Assembly (NCBI GenBank): GCA_024137785.1 | Contig: JAHRHZ010000040.1 | Location: forward strand, 9,184,418-9,248,417 | DNA length: 64,000 nucleotides | Direction: 5' to 3' | Origin: Ginglymostoma cirratum | Taxonomy: Eukaryota | In this document: in pieces, positions 24,830 through 36,789 of the stretch | Position numbering within the stretch: position 1 is the first letter of the stretch | Layout: the number at the start of each line of letters is the position of its first letter | Position numbers and translations under genes: made by a program | Notes under the pieces: generated by a model | Seen by the model: the letters and a program-made list of their open reading frames with translations, nothing else | What the model was told of the DNA's origin: nothing | The model's database searches: none

Positions 24830-25180
24830 GATGAACAGTAATTTTGTGGTAAAGTCACTGGATTAGCAATCCAGAGGCTAATGCTCTGTGGACATTCCAC
24901 CATGGTAATTTAACTACTAAATCTAAAACAGAAAAAAGTCTTAGTAAAGTGTGACCTCGAAAATTATCATTGATCATCATAAAGAACAGATTTGGCACAG
25001 TGAGGTTCTTTACGGAAGGAAATCTGTCATCTTTACCTGGTCTGGTCAAGTGGTTCCAGACCCAGTAATTGACTCTTAACTGCTCTCTGAAAGGGTGTAG
25101 CAAGCCACTCAGTTCAAGGATGATTAGGGATCGGAAACAAAGTTAGCCTTCCCAGAATCCTATGAAAGAAAAAAAAAAGG
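24830..25180 (+). mobile_element. tRNA-derived SINE, same family as 12780-13099
   Basis: Core ggaaggaaatctgtcatctttacctggtctgg...gactcttaactgctctctgaaa...caagccactcagttcaagg, followed by an A-rich tail. Confidence 0.75.
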
Positions 25181-28169
25181 GTGATCTCTAAAACTAAATA
25201 AAAAATTGTACGCAATTCTTTTTTTTAAAATCAAAAAGGTCGGCTATGCAATGACATACCTTCTGGCCCAGAGGTAGGAACACTACCGCTGCTCTAGGAG
25301 ACCCCTTTACATGCAATCTTGAAAACCTTTTATATGTTGTAATAGTTTTGGCATACCTGCATCATCTCTTCCCATTACATTTACTGACGCTAAAATCTTG
25401 ATTCTGCCACACTGTTCCACCTTGAAAATCTTTCATTTGAGGGTTATATGGTCTTGAATGCTCATGTGCAAGCCAGAAAAATAGCCTGAATAAAAGTACA
25501 CAACTGGAAATTGGTTATTTGCCAAAATGTTGTACTCCCCTTCAAAATAATCATGTATTGCTTTTACAATGTGCTTGACTGAATCTGAGCAGCTGTCAGA
25601 GATAATTCAGTAATGTTAATTCCACTAACCTGGAAATGAGATTCATTTACTAGGCTACTCAAGTATTGTACGTGCTCAAGAATGACATTGGAATCAATTT
25701 CTGCCTCAATCAGCTAACTTCTAATTTGAAACAAGCCTAAAAATGTCTTTAGCTCACCAATATTATTTGTACATTGAGTATCACTTATATGGAAATACGT
25801 TATTCAGAATTCCATTTATACTTTTCCTTTTGCAGATAGCCTCCAATACCATAATCACATACATGTCTAGGGAAAAATTAATTCACGAATTTCCATTGAA
25901 TCTGGAAATCTTGCAGATGACAGTGCACTAAACTTGAACTATGATCTATCATTACTCAAAAAATAAGCTTATGACATTTATCTGTGCAGTGCTGCGTTAT
26001 CTTATGGCATTCTAAATGCATGCTCATCACAATTCCATACAGTACTCTGCAACTGTCAATGCTAATTTTGTTTCCTCATTACAGATCGCTTATTTTGGCT
26101 TTCACTGGCCCATTATTTAAAATTCACTCAATGAAACACACTTTCTGGGATTTCCGTCTTCAACAGTGAAGTGCTCACGCATGTCAAGCCAACAGTGTAG
26201 CCTTGTTACTGAAAATTTTAAAAGCAAACCAAAACACATTTTTCTACAAATAGTAGCTTTTGAAGTTTTTTTTCCTGAATTTACAGTTTTACATATGAAA
26301 GTTACATATTTCTATGAAAAAGTATACCATCTTAACTACATCTTATCAACACAAACATAGAGCTTTTGCAATACATAATTGTCCTTGCAACTCAAATACA
26401 ACAGTAGAGGCGATTTGAAAGGTCTGGTAGAAAAGCAATACAATATTCCAGCTTTTCGCAATTGGAATGAAGACATAACATCTATGCAACAATGCTGACA
26501 TATACTGAAGTAGACTATTTACATGACAGATGCACTCTGTCGTTCAACATAACCCTTTGAGAATAAGGAAGCATTGCTACGTCAAATAAGCAACTACTAC
26601 ATAATCAGGTCTACATTTATTGTGTGAATATTTGAAATTGATATGTTACAGTTGCATACATCCACCTACAATTTTGTTCAGGATTGGAAATTTACAGAAA
26701 ACATGTATAACAATAAAAAAGGGTTATTCAGAAGTGCTATCTATTACTCAAAGGATTATGTTTTATGTGAATTTTGATGTTAATTTAAATGAAGTAACAT
26801 TCAATTGAATTTTTTGTTTGTGAATTACCTTACAATCGCAATGATAAAGTATTATTTGAAATTCAATTGTATTCTTATATCAAACAGATGCTACTTGCAC
26901 TGCTCGTGAGGATGGACATGCAACCTGAGGAATAAATATTCAGATGGGAGAAGCGGAGCCAAATCAAGAACAAGTTCACTGCTATACTGCAGTTTGCATT
27001 CTACAGCATAAAGTCAAGAGTTTCAAGCTTTGTAATTTGCAGAAAGGAAGCTTTGTTTTCATTATAAATCATTAAATCTAATGGAATACTGGCAATATCA
27101 AATGTTTATTATACAGGCAAACCATAACCACAGACTTATCCCTTTGGAAATGGTGAAGGGTCAATACCTTTTTTCAAGTAATGTAAATAATTTCTTGTGA
27201 ATAGGTACATTACAAATTTCAAATCAAATTTGCGCATCATAAACACTTTTTTGCAATTCAGTATTTATTAAAACAATAGACAAAATAATCTGGGTTTAGA
27301 GAATAAATCTCACTGGTGGTGGTAGTCACTTGCTTTCTTTCTGGAGTATGAAATATTCATAACTCAAAAGGTACACCGATCAAAGTTGACAGCAAACACA
27401 AATGAAAAATAAAACACTGGAACTCACCAACATTAGTGAGATTCTCTTTATTCCGTGGTGGGGTTGCGGGGTTGAGGCTCCTGTTTAAATTCACCATCTG
27501 CAGCATTATGGGCTATTTAGTTCTAGTCCCATGAAATATTTTTTTCAAATACAGAAATGTTTCCCAAGGGACTGGCTTAGAATATTAATGTAACACTTGT
27601 TACTATGTTTTGACATATTTCCAATGGTTATGATAAATGGTATGATCTTGGCATTTAAATATTTTAATGAAACAACTTCACACTGCCTTTTTGATCCTTT
27701 AGATGGTGCTGTATATGAAGTTCTTAGCTTAGTTGATCAGTTCTAAAATGTAAGATCAACAAGCAATCATGCAAATATTTAAATATTTTTTTCAGTTTGA
27801 TGCACTAGATTTTTAAAAAAATTAATAGAATGTGATTTGACTCTAATTTTTAGGAACCCTCAATTTTTAATTCTCTCACAAAATATTAATTTAAAAAAAA
27901 TGAATGCTCAGTCCATGTCTACCTAAAATTTTAATCACTACGAAATGGGGATTTAATTTCAAGCACAACTATTACTTGCAAGGATGTGTTGGTCAAAACT
28001 CATTGCCCAAGTAATGTTTTGGGTTTATTCTTGAGTACTAAATTGGTTACTCTATTTATACATTTAAAAAAATATGACTGATGGCAGGGTTCTTGCCTAA
28101 AATTAAATACACATCTATTAATTTTATTTAAGCACTTTAACCAAATGAACAGTGATATTGGTGGCATCT

Positions 28170-28533
28170 TTGGTTTTCATATACAGCATAAAATTTATTT
28201 TTTAAAAAAGACCTCACAATAAAACAATAAGCTCAACCAGAAAAAAAAGTTCAACTTTAAATGTAGTGCACATTTTACAATCTTGTTCCCCTTACTGCAC
28301 AGACTAAAAGAGCTCTCCCAAGAAAAACAGCAGCATCATGTCATGTAAACAGTTCACAATAAAACAATATTAACATCCTAATATGAATACATTTGCATTG
28401 TGTTCATACATTGTTATAAGCATCTCACAGTCTCTCATTTACTGTATGTCCATTCCAGGAATTATTATATGGTAAAATTTGTCCTTGTAATCATCCATTC
28501 AATAACCAAAGGATGGTCCCAGAATAGGAATGG
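28170..28533 (-). other. TBPL1: TBPL1 proximal 3' UTR, first AATAAA at 28199-28194 (may extend further)
   Basis: AT-rich, repeat-free sequence after the stop; further minus-strand AATAAA at about 28128, 28029, 27269 and 27110. The true 3' end cannot be fixed from sequence alone. Confidence 0.55.
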
Positions 28534-28613
28534 TTATTTGATCATCTTTCGGGATTCAAAGATTAAAGGATAAGTTTGCTCGACTGCAGTCGCAACACAC
28601 TGTATACTGGGTG
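28534..28613 (-). CDS. TBPL1: TBPL1 last coding exon (A-PSIQCVATAVEQTYPLIFESRKMIK*), 80 nt
   Basis: Acceptor ttttctatctctaccttag|CA; VATAVEQxYPxxFESRK motif; TAA stop at 28536-28534. Confidence 0.95.
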
Positions 28614-29359
28614 CTAAGGTAGAGATAGAAAAAAAATACACAAATTACAAATCACACTTAATTGGTTTATTCTACAGTATGAAATTAACATTTTGAAATG
28701 GAACTCTTAAATCTATTAATTTAGTTTCGCTAATTTTTGACACATTGTAGAACTTTCATCAATTTGAACCCATTATAAGCTTAGGTTTTACTACTCATTC
28801 CCTTGGGTACTACAAATATAGTCATTCCCAAAAGTGGCAGAGTGTCTTAGATACAAAGACATTTAAATACTGTACAAAGCAGTGTGCAAATATGCAATAA
28901 TGAAACTCAAGTGTGCAACAAAACTTGACCATCACATCTTTCATACATGTTCTTACTTATAGCTTTGCAATAAGGCAATTGACTGGAGAGGAGCAGATAT
29001 TATTTCTTGAGTTGCGAGATTTAGTAAGTGAACATGAAATGGGGACAATGGTTATCGGAAATACTTTATTTAATCCATAAAACTTGTTTCATTTTTAAAT
29101 AAGACTAAATATCAATTCTGCTCCATTTTTCCATATCTATGTGAATAGTGAAACAAAAACCTAACCTTTTAACATTTTTTTGGTTTGAATCAGATGGCGG
29201 TGTGGACCTGATTCCAAAACTATAGGGCAATAAAGTTGGTGACTTAACTACACAAGGATCAACTGGGAGACAGTGTGAATGGACAGAAGGCATAATTCTT
29301 GAACTACATTTAAAAGAACATTTTTCAACCAGCATTTAACAAGCTTGATGAGAGAGGAT

Positions 29360-30790
29360 GCAATTCAAGATTTAGTCTCAGGAAATGAAGCTGGGCAGGT
29401 GGACAAAGTGACAGTGAGTTTTTAGGAGACAGCGATCATAATACAGCTAGATTTAGCATCAATGTGAAAAAGACAAAAGATAAAACACGAGTAAAAGTGT
29501 GAAGTTCACCTTCATCAAATTTAGAAAAGTTGATAGATGATCTGGCAAAAATGGACTGATTACAGTCACCTGAAGAAAAGTCAATGGTAAAACAGTGGGA
29601 GGCATTAAAAAGTGAAATTCTGAGGCACAGCGTAGATATGTCTCCACCAAGATAAAGGATGGTACTGCTAAGTCTAGAGTCCCCTGGCAAGATTAGGTAG
29701 GAAAATTGAGCTTATGACAACTTCAGAAAAGTAACACTTCGGGAAACTTAGAGGAACATGGAAAGTATAGGATTAATGTGGAAAAGGAAATTAGGGAAGC
29801 AAAGAGAAGACATGGGAAAATACAGGCCTGTAAATTTAAGGAAATTCCGAAGAAGTTTTATCAGCTTAAGAGCAAGAAGATGATCAAGGAACAAAACAAA
29901 TACAGAAACTTCTGGAAAAGCTCAGGAGATCCGACAGCATCTGTGGAGAAAAATCAGAGTTAACGTTTCGGGGAGTGTGGTAAGTTGGATCCAAAATTGG
30001 TTCAGTTAAAGGTTGATATTTCTTTTTTGACTGGAAACTTATTGTCAGTGCTATTCCACAGGGCTCAAAGTTGGGTATCCTGCTGTTTATTAACAATATA
30101 GACTTAGATGTAGGAGGCAAGTCTAGAAAATTTGCAGACAACACTAAAATTGCCTGGATAGTTGGCAGTGAGAAAGATGCTGTCGAATGTTGAAGATGAT
30201 TTAAGTATTAATAATTTTGTTGAGCAGGCAGAAAAGTGGCAAATGGAATACAACCTGAAAAAGTCCCACTTTCTGGGGAGGAATACACAACAAATGTTAG
30301 AGTATTAACAGAGGTAGAGATAGTGAGAGATCTAGGTTCCTGAAGAGGGCAGGACAGGTGGATAAGTTGGTAGAGAACGTAATTGGGATTGTTTCCTTAA
30401 TTGGTCAAAGTATTGAATACTAAAGCATGAATATAGTGCCAGAATTAAACAAGAGGCACTGGTTAAACCCTAAGTGGAGTTGTGTGTGGAGTTCTACATT
30501 ACAGGAAAAACTTAATTGCTTTAGAGAGAGTGCAAAGGACATTGACAAGACTGTAGCCTGGGCTTTAAAAACTGCAGATGTGAGGAAAGAACTCAGAGAA
30601 TCACAGAGTCCCTGCTGTGTGCAAGCAGGCCATCAAGTCAACACCAATGCTCCAAAGAGCATCCCACCCAGACTCGGCCCCCCTACCCTATTACTGTAAC
30701 ACTGCATGTCCCATAGCTAATCCACTTAATCTGCACATCTTTGGACTGGATAGAGTAGGGTTGCTTTCCTTAGAACAGAAGAAGCTGAGG
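29360..30790 (+). mobile_element. Degenerate CR1-clade LINE with nested PLE-tail (about 29890-29972, -) and HE1-like (about 30595-30750, -) inserts
   Basis: Remnants GDSDH, QWEALKSEI, IPQGSKLG and KFADNTKI. Confidence 0.75.
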
Positions 30791-31193
30791 GTGAATGGTG
30801 GGGCTGATTCGGGTTGGCGGGGGGGGGGGGGGGGGCGGACGACAAAATTACCTACTCCTATCTCTTCTAGCCTTGTTCCAAAATCTCAAGTGGCAATTTT
30901 AATTTGATGCATGCCCCATGTATGCATTTTAATTTGCTCTCACAGTGAAATGATATCTGCACAAACACTAACTTAAAAACAAATCTCTTGTGTATGGACT
31001 ATATTACTAATGTAAACTTTTAATATATGCAATTACAAAATGAAAACTAAGTAATGTTATTGTTAATTAACCCGATCTACTTTGTCCATTATTAAGATCC
31101 TGTTTTACAGCCAAATATTTAAAATCCTTTCCCTGTTAAAAACCCATAACATCTTCCTCATTATGGAACCAACAAATCAATGCCATGCCTCAA

Positions 31194-32577
31194 TTGATGT
31201 GAAGGTGCCAGTGTTTGACTGGCATGGACAAGGTCAGAAGGCATACAACACCACGTTATAGTCCAACAGGTTTATTTGAAATCATAAGCTTTCGGAGCAC
31301 TGTTCCTATCTCAGGTGGAGTGAAGAGAAACACACAAGTACATAGTTTATAGGCAGAGGGATCAAAAGATCATACAAATGGTGTGAGTGGAGTGTCAACA
31401 GGCTGAATAGCAAATGAAGGGATGACCTATAATCCAATTAACTGAGGCAGAAAGACAATTACAAAACATTAAAAATTAAAAATAAGGTGGCTTTAGAAAT
31501 AAACCAAATGGCTAGAATAACATGATAGGTATAAGAGTCACATGCTGAGGGTCTAACCAAAGTAACAAGCAACCCAAACTGTACAAACTAATTAAGGTGG
31601 AGAGATCACAACAAGTTATCAAGGTGATAGTGTCAAGATTTCACAGATACAAAACAGTATGGTGAGGTTACATATATTGTGACATGAACCCCAGATCACG
31701 GTAGAGGCCATTTTCATGGGTACGGAACTAGGCTATCAATTTCTGCATGGCAATTCTGCATTGATGTATATCTCCAGGGCTGCCTTGGAGGATGCTTAGC
31801 CGAAAATCAGACGCTGAATGTCTTTGACCGCTGAAGTGTCCCCCAACTGGGAGGGAACATTCTTGTTTGGCGATTCTTGTGCAGTGTTCATTCATCCATT
31901 GCTGTACTGTCTGCATGGTCCCGCCAATATACCATGCCTTGGGGCATCATTGCTTGCAGCATATAAGGTAGACGATATTGGCCGAGTCGCATGAGTATCT
32001 GTCATGTACGTGGTGGGTGGTGTTCTCACATGTGATGGTAGTATCCACGTTGATGATCTGGAATGTCATAGCAAGGTTGTGTGGTGTTGTGGTCCATGTT
32101 ATCCTGAAGGCTGGGTAGTTGCTATGAACAATGGTCTGTTTAAGGTTTGGCAGTTGTTTGAAGGTGAGAAGTGGAGATGTACAGATGATCTTGGCGAAAT
32201 GTTCGCCGTCATCAATGACATTTTGAAGGTTGTGAAGAAAATGGCGTAGTTTCTCTGCCCCGGGGAGAATTTTAACTTTTAACTTTTTTTTTTGTAATTA
32301 TTTCACTGCTTCAATTAGTTGGATTATAGGTCATCCCTGCACTGGTTATTCAGCTGTTGACACCCTACTGACACTTTTGATCACCTGCAGAGTCTTATTA
32401 TTCAGCCTGCTGATACTCCACTGACACCATCTGTATGATTGTTTGATCTCTCTGCCTATAAATTACGTTGCTGTGTGCTTCTCTTCACTCCACCTGATGA
32501 AGGAGCCGTGCTCCAAAAGCTTGTGATTTCAAGTAAACCTGTTGGACTGTAACCTGGTGTCATGTGACTTCTGACCT
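31194..32577 (-). mobile_element. Second Penelope-like family: GIY-YIG-containing body on minus, inverted copy of the tail at about 32270-32577
   Basis: Minus strand reads CDSANIVYLICCKQ*CPKAWYIGGTMQT...H...LPVGGHF; 31230-31330 is the reverse complement of 32480-32577; hammerhead motifs at 31283-31317(-) and 32491-32525(+). Confidence 0.88.
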
Positions 32578-33420
32578 CATACTTCAAATAAGTATTTGAT
32601 TCCCTAAGGAAATAGTGTATTTTCAGCCGATGTAAAATTATTATGACAAATTACAATTTGTCATTCATAAGGGGTAAAACCAAGCAAGTGGCCAATCCAA
32701 ACTTTTGATTCCATTCTCCTTTGTTGCAAAGATACTTTCAAGGAATTAAATACAAAGATCATAAGTTAAGAAAGTTGCCTATGCTGATGACCACTGACAT
32801 TTAGGACTGAGAAAGACAGAAAGTGAAGTATATTAACTGTCGGTCAAGAACAGGGGAACAGTAGAACTAAAGACATAACACAAATGAATTTATTAATAAT
32901 TGTGCAGTTCCCAGCAACTACATATATTTCCTCACTAGTACCCAGAACATCTGGTTGGCAGCATCAACTTGTTAATCAATTTCTATAATCAGTTAACATT
33001 ACTTGACTGGCTATTAAACATCATCTTCAGAAACAGTTATGAGTTTCTTTGACAACAGCAAATTTATAATTTTTTCAAGCTAATATTTTAGGAATATCTC
33101 TGATCTGAAAAAGTAATTTGGCTAGTGTGAAAGAGCAACTACATTTCTGAAAATGTACATTAAACATTTTAATGGACAATGAACAGTACAGTACATTGCA
33201 GATATGACAGACAGTATTCTTAATGTTAACAAGAAATCACGCACAGCACCATAATAATGATCTCATGCCATCCAACGAAATTTCTTTAAAAAGGCAGCTA
33301 CAAGCTCTTTTCTCATATAAAATACTTATTTTTAGAAAACTTATGAAATATAGAGAAATGTAAAAAAGAAGAAATTTGTGGCCACTACCATTGATTTTAA
33401 ATTGAGGTCTACAAACATAC

Positions 33421-33515
33421 CTGTTATTGTTATACTGCCGGTGGAAAAAATTTGAAGTGTGGCTTTTAACGCTTTAACTCTATAAGATGCTGCAGGATGC
33501 AGTTCTGGCTCGTAG
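33421..33515 (-). CDS. TBPL1: TBPL1 coding exon 5 (YEPELHPAASYRVKALKATLQIFSTGSITIT), 95 nt
   Basis: Acceptor ttctctcttgcag|C, donor G|gtatgt; YEPELHP and IFSTGS motifs of the second TBP repeat. Confidence 0.97.
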
Positions 33516-33800
33516 CTGCAAGAGAGAAAAAAAACAGTGGAATTTCAGTAACTAAGTAAAATAATAAAAAAAAGCACAACTACTTACAATGTAGTTTGAG
33601 ATTATTTTAAAAAAAAACGAGGGACAGAAAAGAGTCGCTTCAGTGAAATAAATCAAAATTCTGAACATACACAGCAGGTCCGTCATTATCTATAAGGAAA
33701 AATTGTGAGCTTATATTTGGGATAGTGACTCCTTATCTATTCTGGTCTTTTTCATTTGCATTAGCAGCATAGTTATTGTCAATAATTTCCAAGTTCATAC

Positions 33801-33904
33801 CTTGCAATTGGCCGATTTCTTTTTGTGAATTCTGGTAGCCTTATTTCAAATGGCATTGTGCATACAGCCAGGACATTGACAACTTTATAGCCAGCAAATT
33901 TTAC
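33801..33904 (-). CDS. TBPL1: TBPL1 coding exon 4 (VKFAGYKVVNVLAVCTMPFEIRLPEFTKRNRPIA-S), 104 nt
   Basis: Acceptor gttttaaag|GTA, donor AG|gtatga; KVVNVLAVC and MPFEIRLPEF motifs. Confidence 0.96.
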
Positions 33905-34149
33905 CTTTAAAACATCAAAAAAAAAGTTGTTTTAAAAACATGATCTAACAATGTTCTACAATGTAGCTAAATATCTGCCCAGTATTAGATTCATAGTTGA
34001 CAGTGAAAATACTCAAATATGAAAATATTCAAACATCTGGCACATGTAATATTTAGAAAATGCCTTCCTCTCTTTGGCACCAAAGTTATTATTCAAAACA
34101 TGCTGATGGCATATACATCTTCCCTGTACTGGTTGTAATTATTTGATAT

Positions 34150-35240
34150 ATATTTGTAGCAATCTAATTATTTATCACTAGGGGGAAGACAAATGGATAG
34201 CACAAAACTATCTTAAATTATATAGTTGCAGAACTGACAGGCTGTAGCAAATACTGCAAAGATCAATGTATGGGCCGAAGTCAATTACAATCCGTATTCA
34301 CAACTTAGGTGACAGGAGACAGCGCTGTTTACAAGTGAGGGAAATTCAAAGTGGCTACAAAATGAACCAATAGACGTGGCCGGGCCAAAGACTTGCAAGA
34401 TGGAATTATTATGTGGGAAAATGTGAAGATGTCCATGATGGTGGGAAAAGTAGAAAGCAGAGTATTCTTAAATGATCTTGGGAAAGTGTTCATATTCACA
34501 AAGAGGAATTAAACGTGAATTACACAGAGTTAACAGGTAGATACAGCAAGCAAATAGGAAAGCAAATGGTATTTTAATCTCTATTGCAAAGTGATTAGAA
34601 TAAAGGATTACATAAGTCTAAACTGCAGTTACGCAGTACTTCTATGGTCTCACCAAGGCCCTGTGTACAGTTTGCTTTCATTACTTGCCTTAGAGTAAGT
34701 GTACCAAATGCTCACCAAACTAATTTCGGAGATAAGTAGCAAACAAAAACAAAGTTGCTAGAAAAGCTCAGCAGTTCGGACAGCATCTCTGTGAAAAAAG
34801 AATCAGAGCTAATGTTTCAGGTCTGGTGACCCTTCCTCAGAACTCAGAACACAGAACACAGTTGTGAGGAAGTGTCACTGGACCTGAAACGTTAATTCTG
34901 ATTTTTTTCTTCACAGATGCTGCCAAACCTGCTGAGCTTTTCCAGCAACTTCTGCTTTTGTTCCTGATTTCCAGCATCCACAGCTCTGTCGGTTTTGAGA
35001 TAGGTAGATTGCCCTCTGAGGAAAGATGGGAGTAAATTAGGCCGAATATATTAATTCCCTCAAGTTTAGAAGAATGAAAGGTGATCTCATTGAAACATAT
35101 AAAATTCTTTAGTGATTTGACAGGGTACGTAATGGTGGGTGTTTCCCTGGCTAGAGAACCATTGCCTCAGAATAAGAGGTCAACCATTTCAGACTGAATT
35201 GAGGGAAAATTTCTTTAGAAGGTTGATAACCTCTTGAATT
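34150..35240 (+). mobile_element. Degenerate CR1-clade LINE (RT to 3' region), interrupted at 34740-34996
   Basis: Remnants aaatgtgaagatgtccat, aagcaaatggtatttta, agaagaatgaaaggtgatctcattgaaacatataaaattc. Confidence 0.7.
34740..34996. mobile_element. Palindromic mini-element made of two head-to-head PLE-type tails, each with a hammerhead motif; 11-bp TSD
   Basis: 34741-34844 is the reverse complement of about 34860-34962; TSD gagataagtag/gagataggtag at 34729-34739 and 34997-35007. Confidence 0.85.
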
Positions 35241-36237
35241 TAGGTCATCCCTCATTGTTACACTAATAGCACCTTTAATTAAAAGAGCCACCCCTCCATT
35301 CTTCCCTTTGTTTCCTGTCCTTTCTAAATGTCAGATACCTTTCAATATTCTGATTCCAATCCAGGCTATCCTGCAGTCAAGGCTCAGTTATGGCCACTAG
35401 ACTGTACTTATTTATCTCAATTTGTACAACCACCTGATCACTATTTTTTGATTAGTTTGCGATGCAGTAATGCCATCAGCATGGTTTTGTTCCCACAATG
35501 GCTGAGGCTACCATGGAGTACTCTCCTTTTCAGCCATTCATCTCCTGTTAAACCATCATCAGTTCTCTCTCTCTCTCTCTATAATGAGAACAGCCCTATA
35601 GTGTGTTAAGATTTTGGTGACTTTACCTTTACTGTAATTCATACTGAATTGCCACACTCAAAGAAATGGATCGGAATAAGCTAGAAAAATTGGCATTGCA
35701 ATTTTTTTGGTCAGAAAATATTATCCATAATTAGAGGTAAAGGTAAAATAGATAATCAAACAGAAGCAGCTATTATCAATTTATTTCAAGATTTAAGGAA
35801 TAATACAGAAAAGCCAAAACTAACCTACTTTGAGAAAGTGAAATATGTACTTAAGGGACTTCAGTTACTTTTTGTTCTGTTATTATTATTTCGATTATAT
35901 TGGCTATTTTGGAATTCAGTTATACTGTTAATTTTGCAAAGCAGCTTCAGAAAAGCTATCTCACACCACTGTATTTAACAATGTATGAAACATAACTTAA
36001 GGTAGTGTAAGATTTGGTTCAAAAAAATGCTCCATTTTAATTTCTCACACTGTAATCACACTGAGTTGTTTAGCATGTTTGGAATATGCAGACACGAAAG
36101 GGAACTCACTTGGTAGTAATTAAGACTTAAACTAAAACATTAAATAGACAATCCTTGACCCCTTCTGGTATACTTATTTGGTAACCAATGGATTAAGTAC
36201 TACAACTTCACAGCATTCACATACTATATTTGAATTA

Positions 36238-36430
36238 CAGGTAGTCCTCCTTTAACGCAATAGTTGCATTCTTGTGTGACCTTGCACCATAGAAAATCAC
36301 GTTATAGGGAGATCACTACAGAAAATCGCTATACCTGAAAATTCGTGTTATCCAAACAGTGTCCACTATTCATCAATCACGACACAGCCAATTCGCGTTA
36401 ACGAAACAAGCACAATAGCAGAACTACCTG
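36238..36430. mobile_element. Tc1/mariner-pogo (Tigger-like) MITE, 193 bp
   Basis: Terminal inverted repeats CAGGTAGTcCT.../...AGaACTACCTG; TA on the left flank, AA on the right. Confidence 0.75.
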
Positions 36431-36789
36431 AACATGGTTCACAGCAAGATGCTGTTCCAGAAAAATTCCTGAAGGAGCAGGGAACTTTGGCGATAATTTC
36501 CTGACTTCCAAGTTTATATGCACATGTGCAGAACCAAGAAATTTGTGTCTGATTTATTCCTCAGCCATAGCAATAGCTGACAGTTTCATTTTAACATTTA
36601 GTGCAAAGTTCAGATCATAAAACTATGCATGTACAACAGCTTCTTCTGGTTCTTAAGAGCTTTATTTGGAATCAGAAAGTGTAAGTGAGCTACTACGTTG
36701 CTGGTATTAATTTCATAACTCCTTGTTCTGCATGTTAACTATAGTATGAAGACAATATTTGATTAGCACAAATTATAAATTATACAAGA

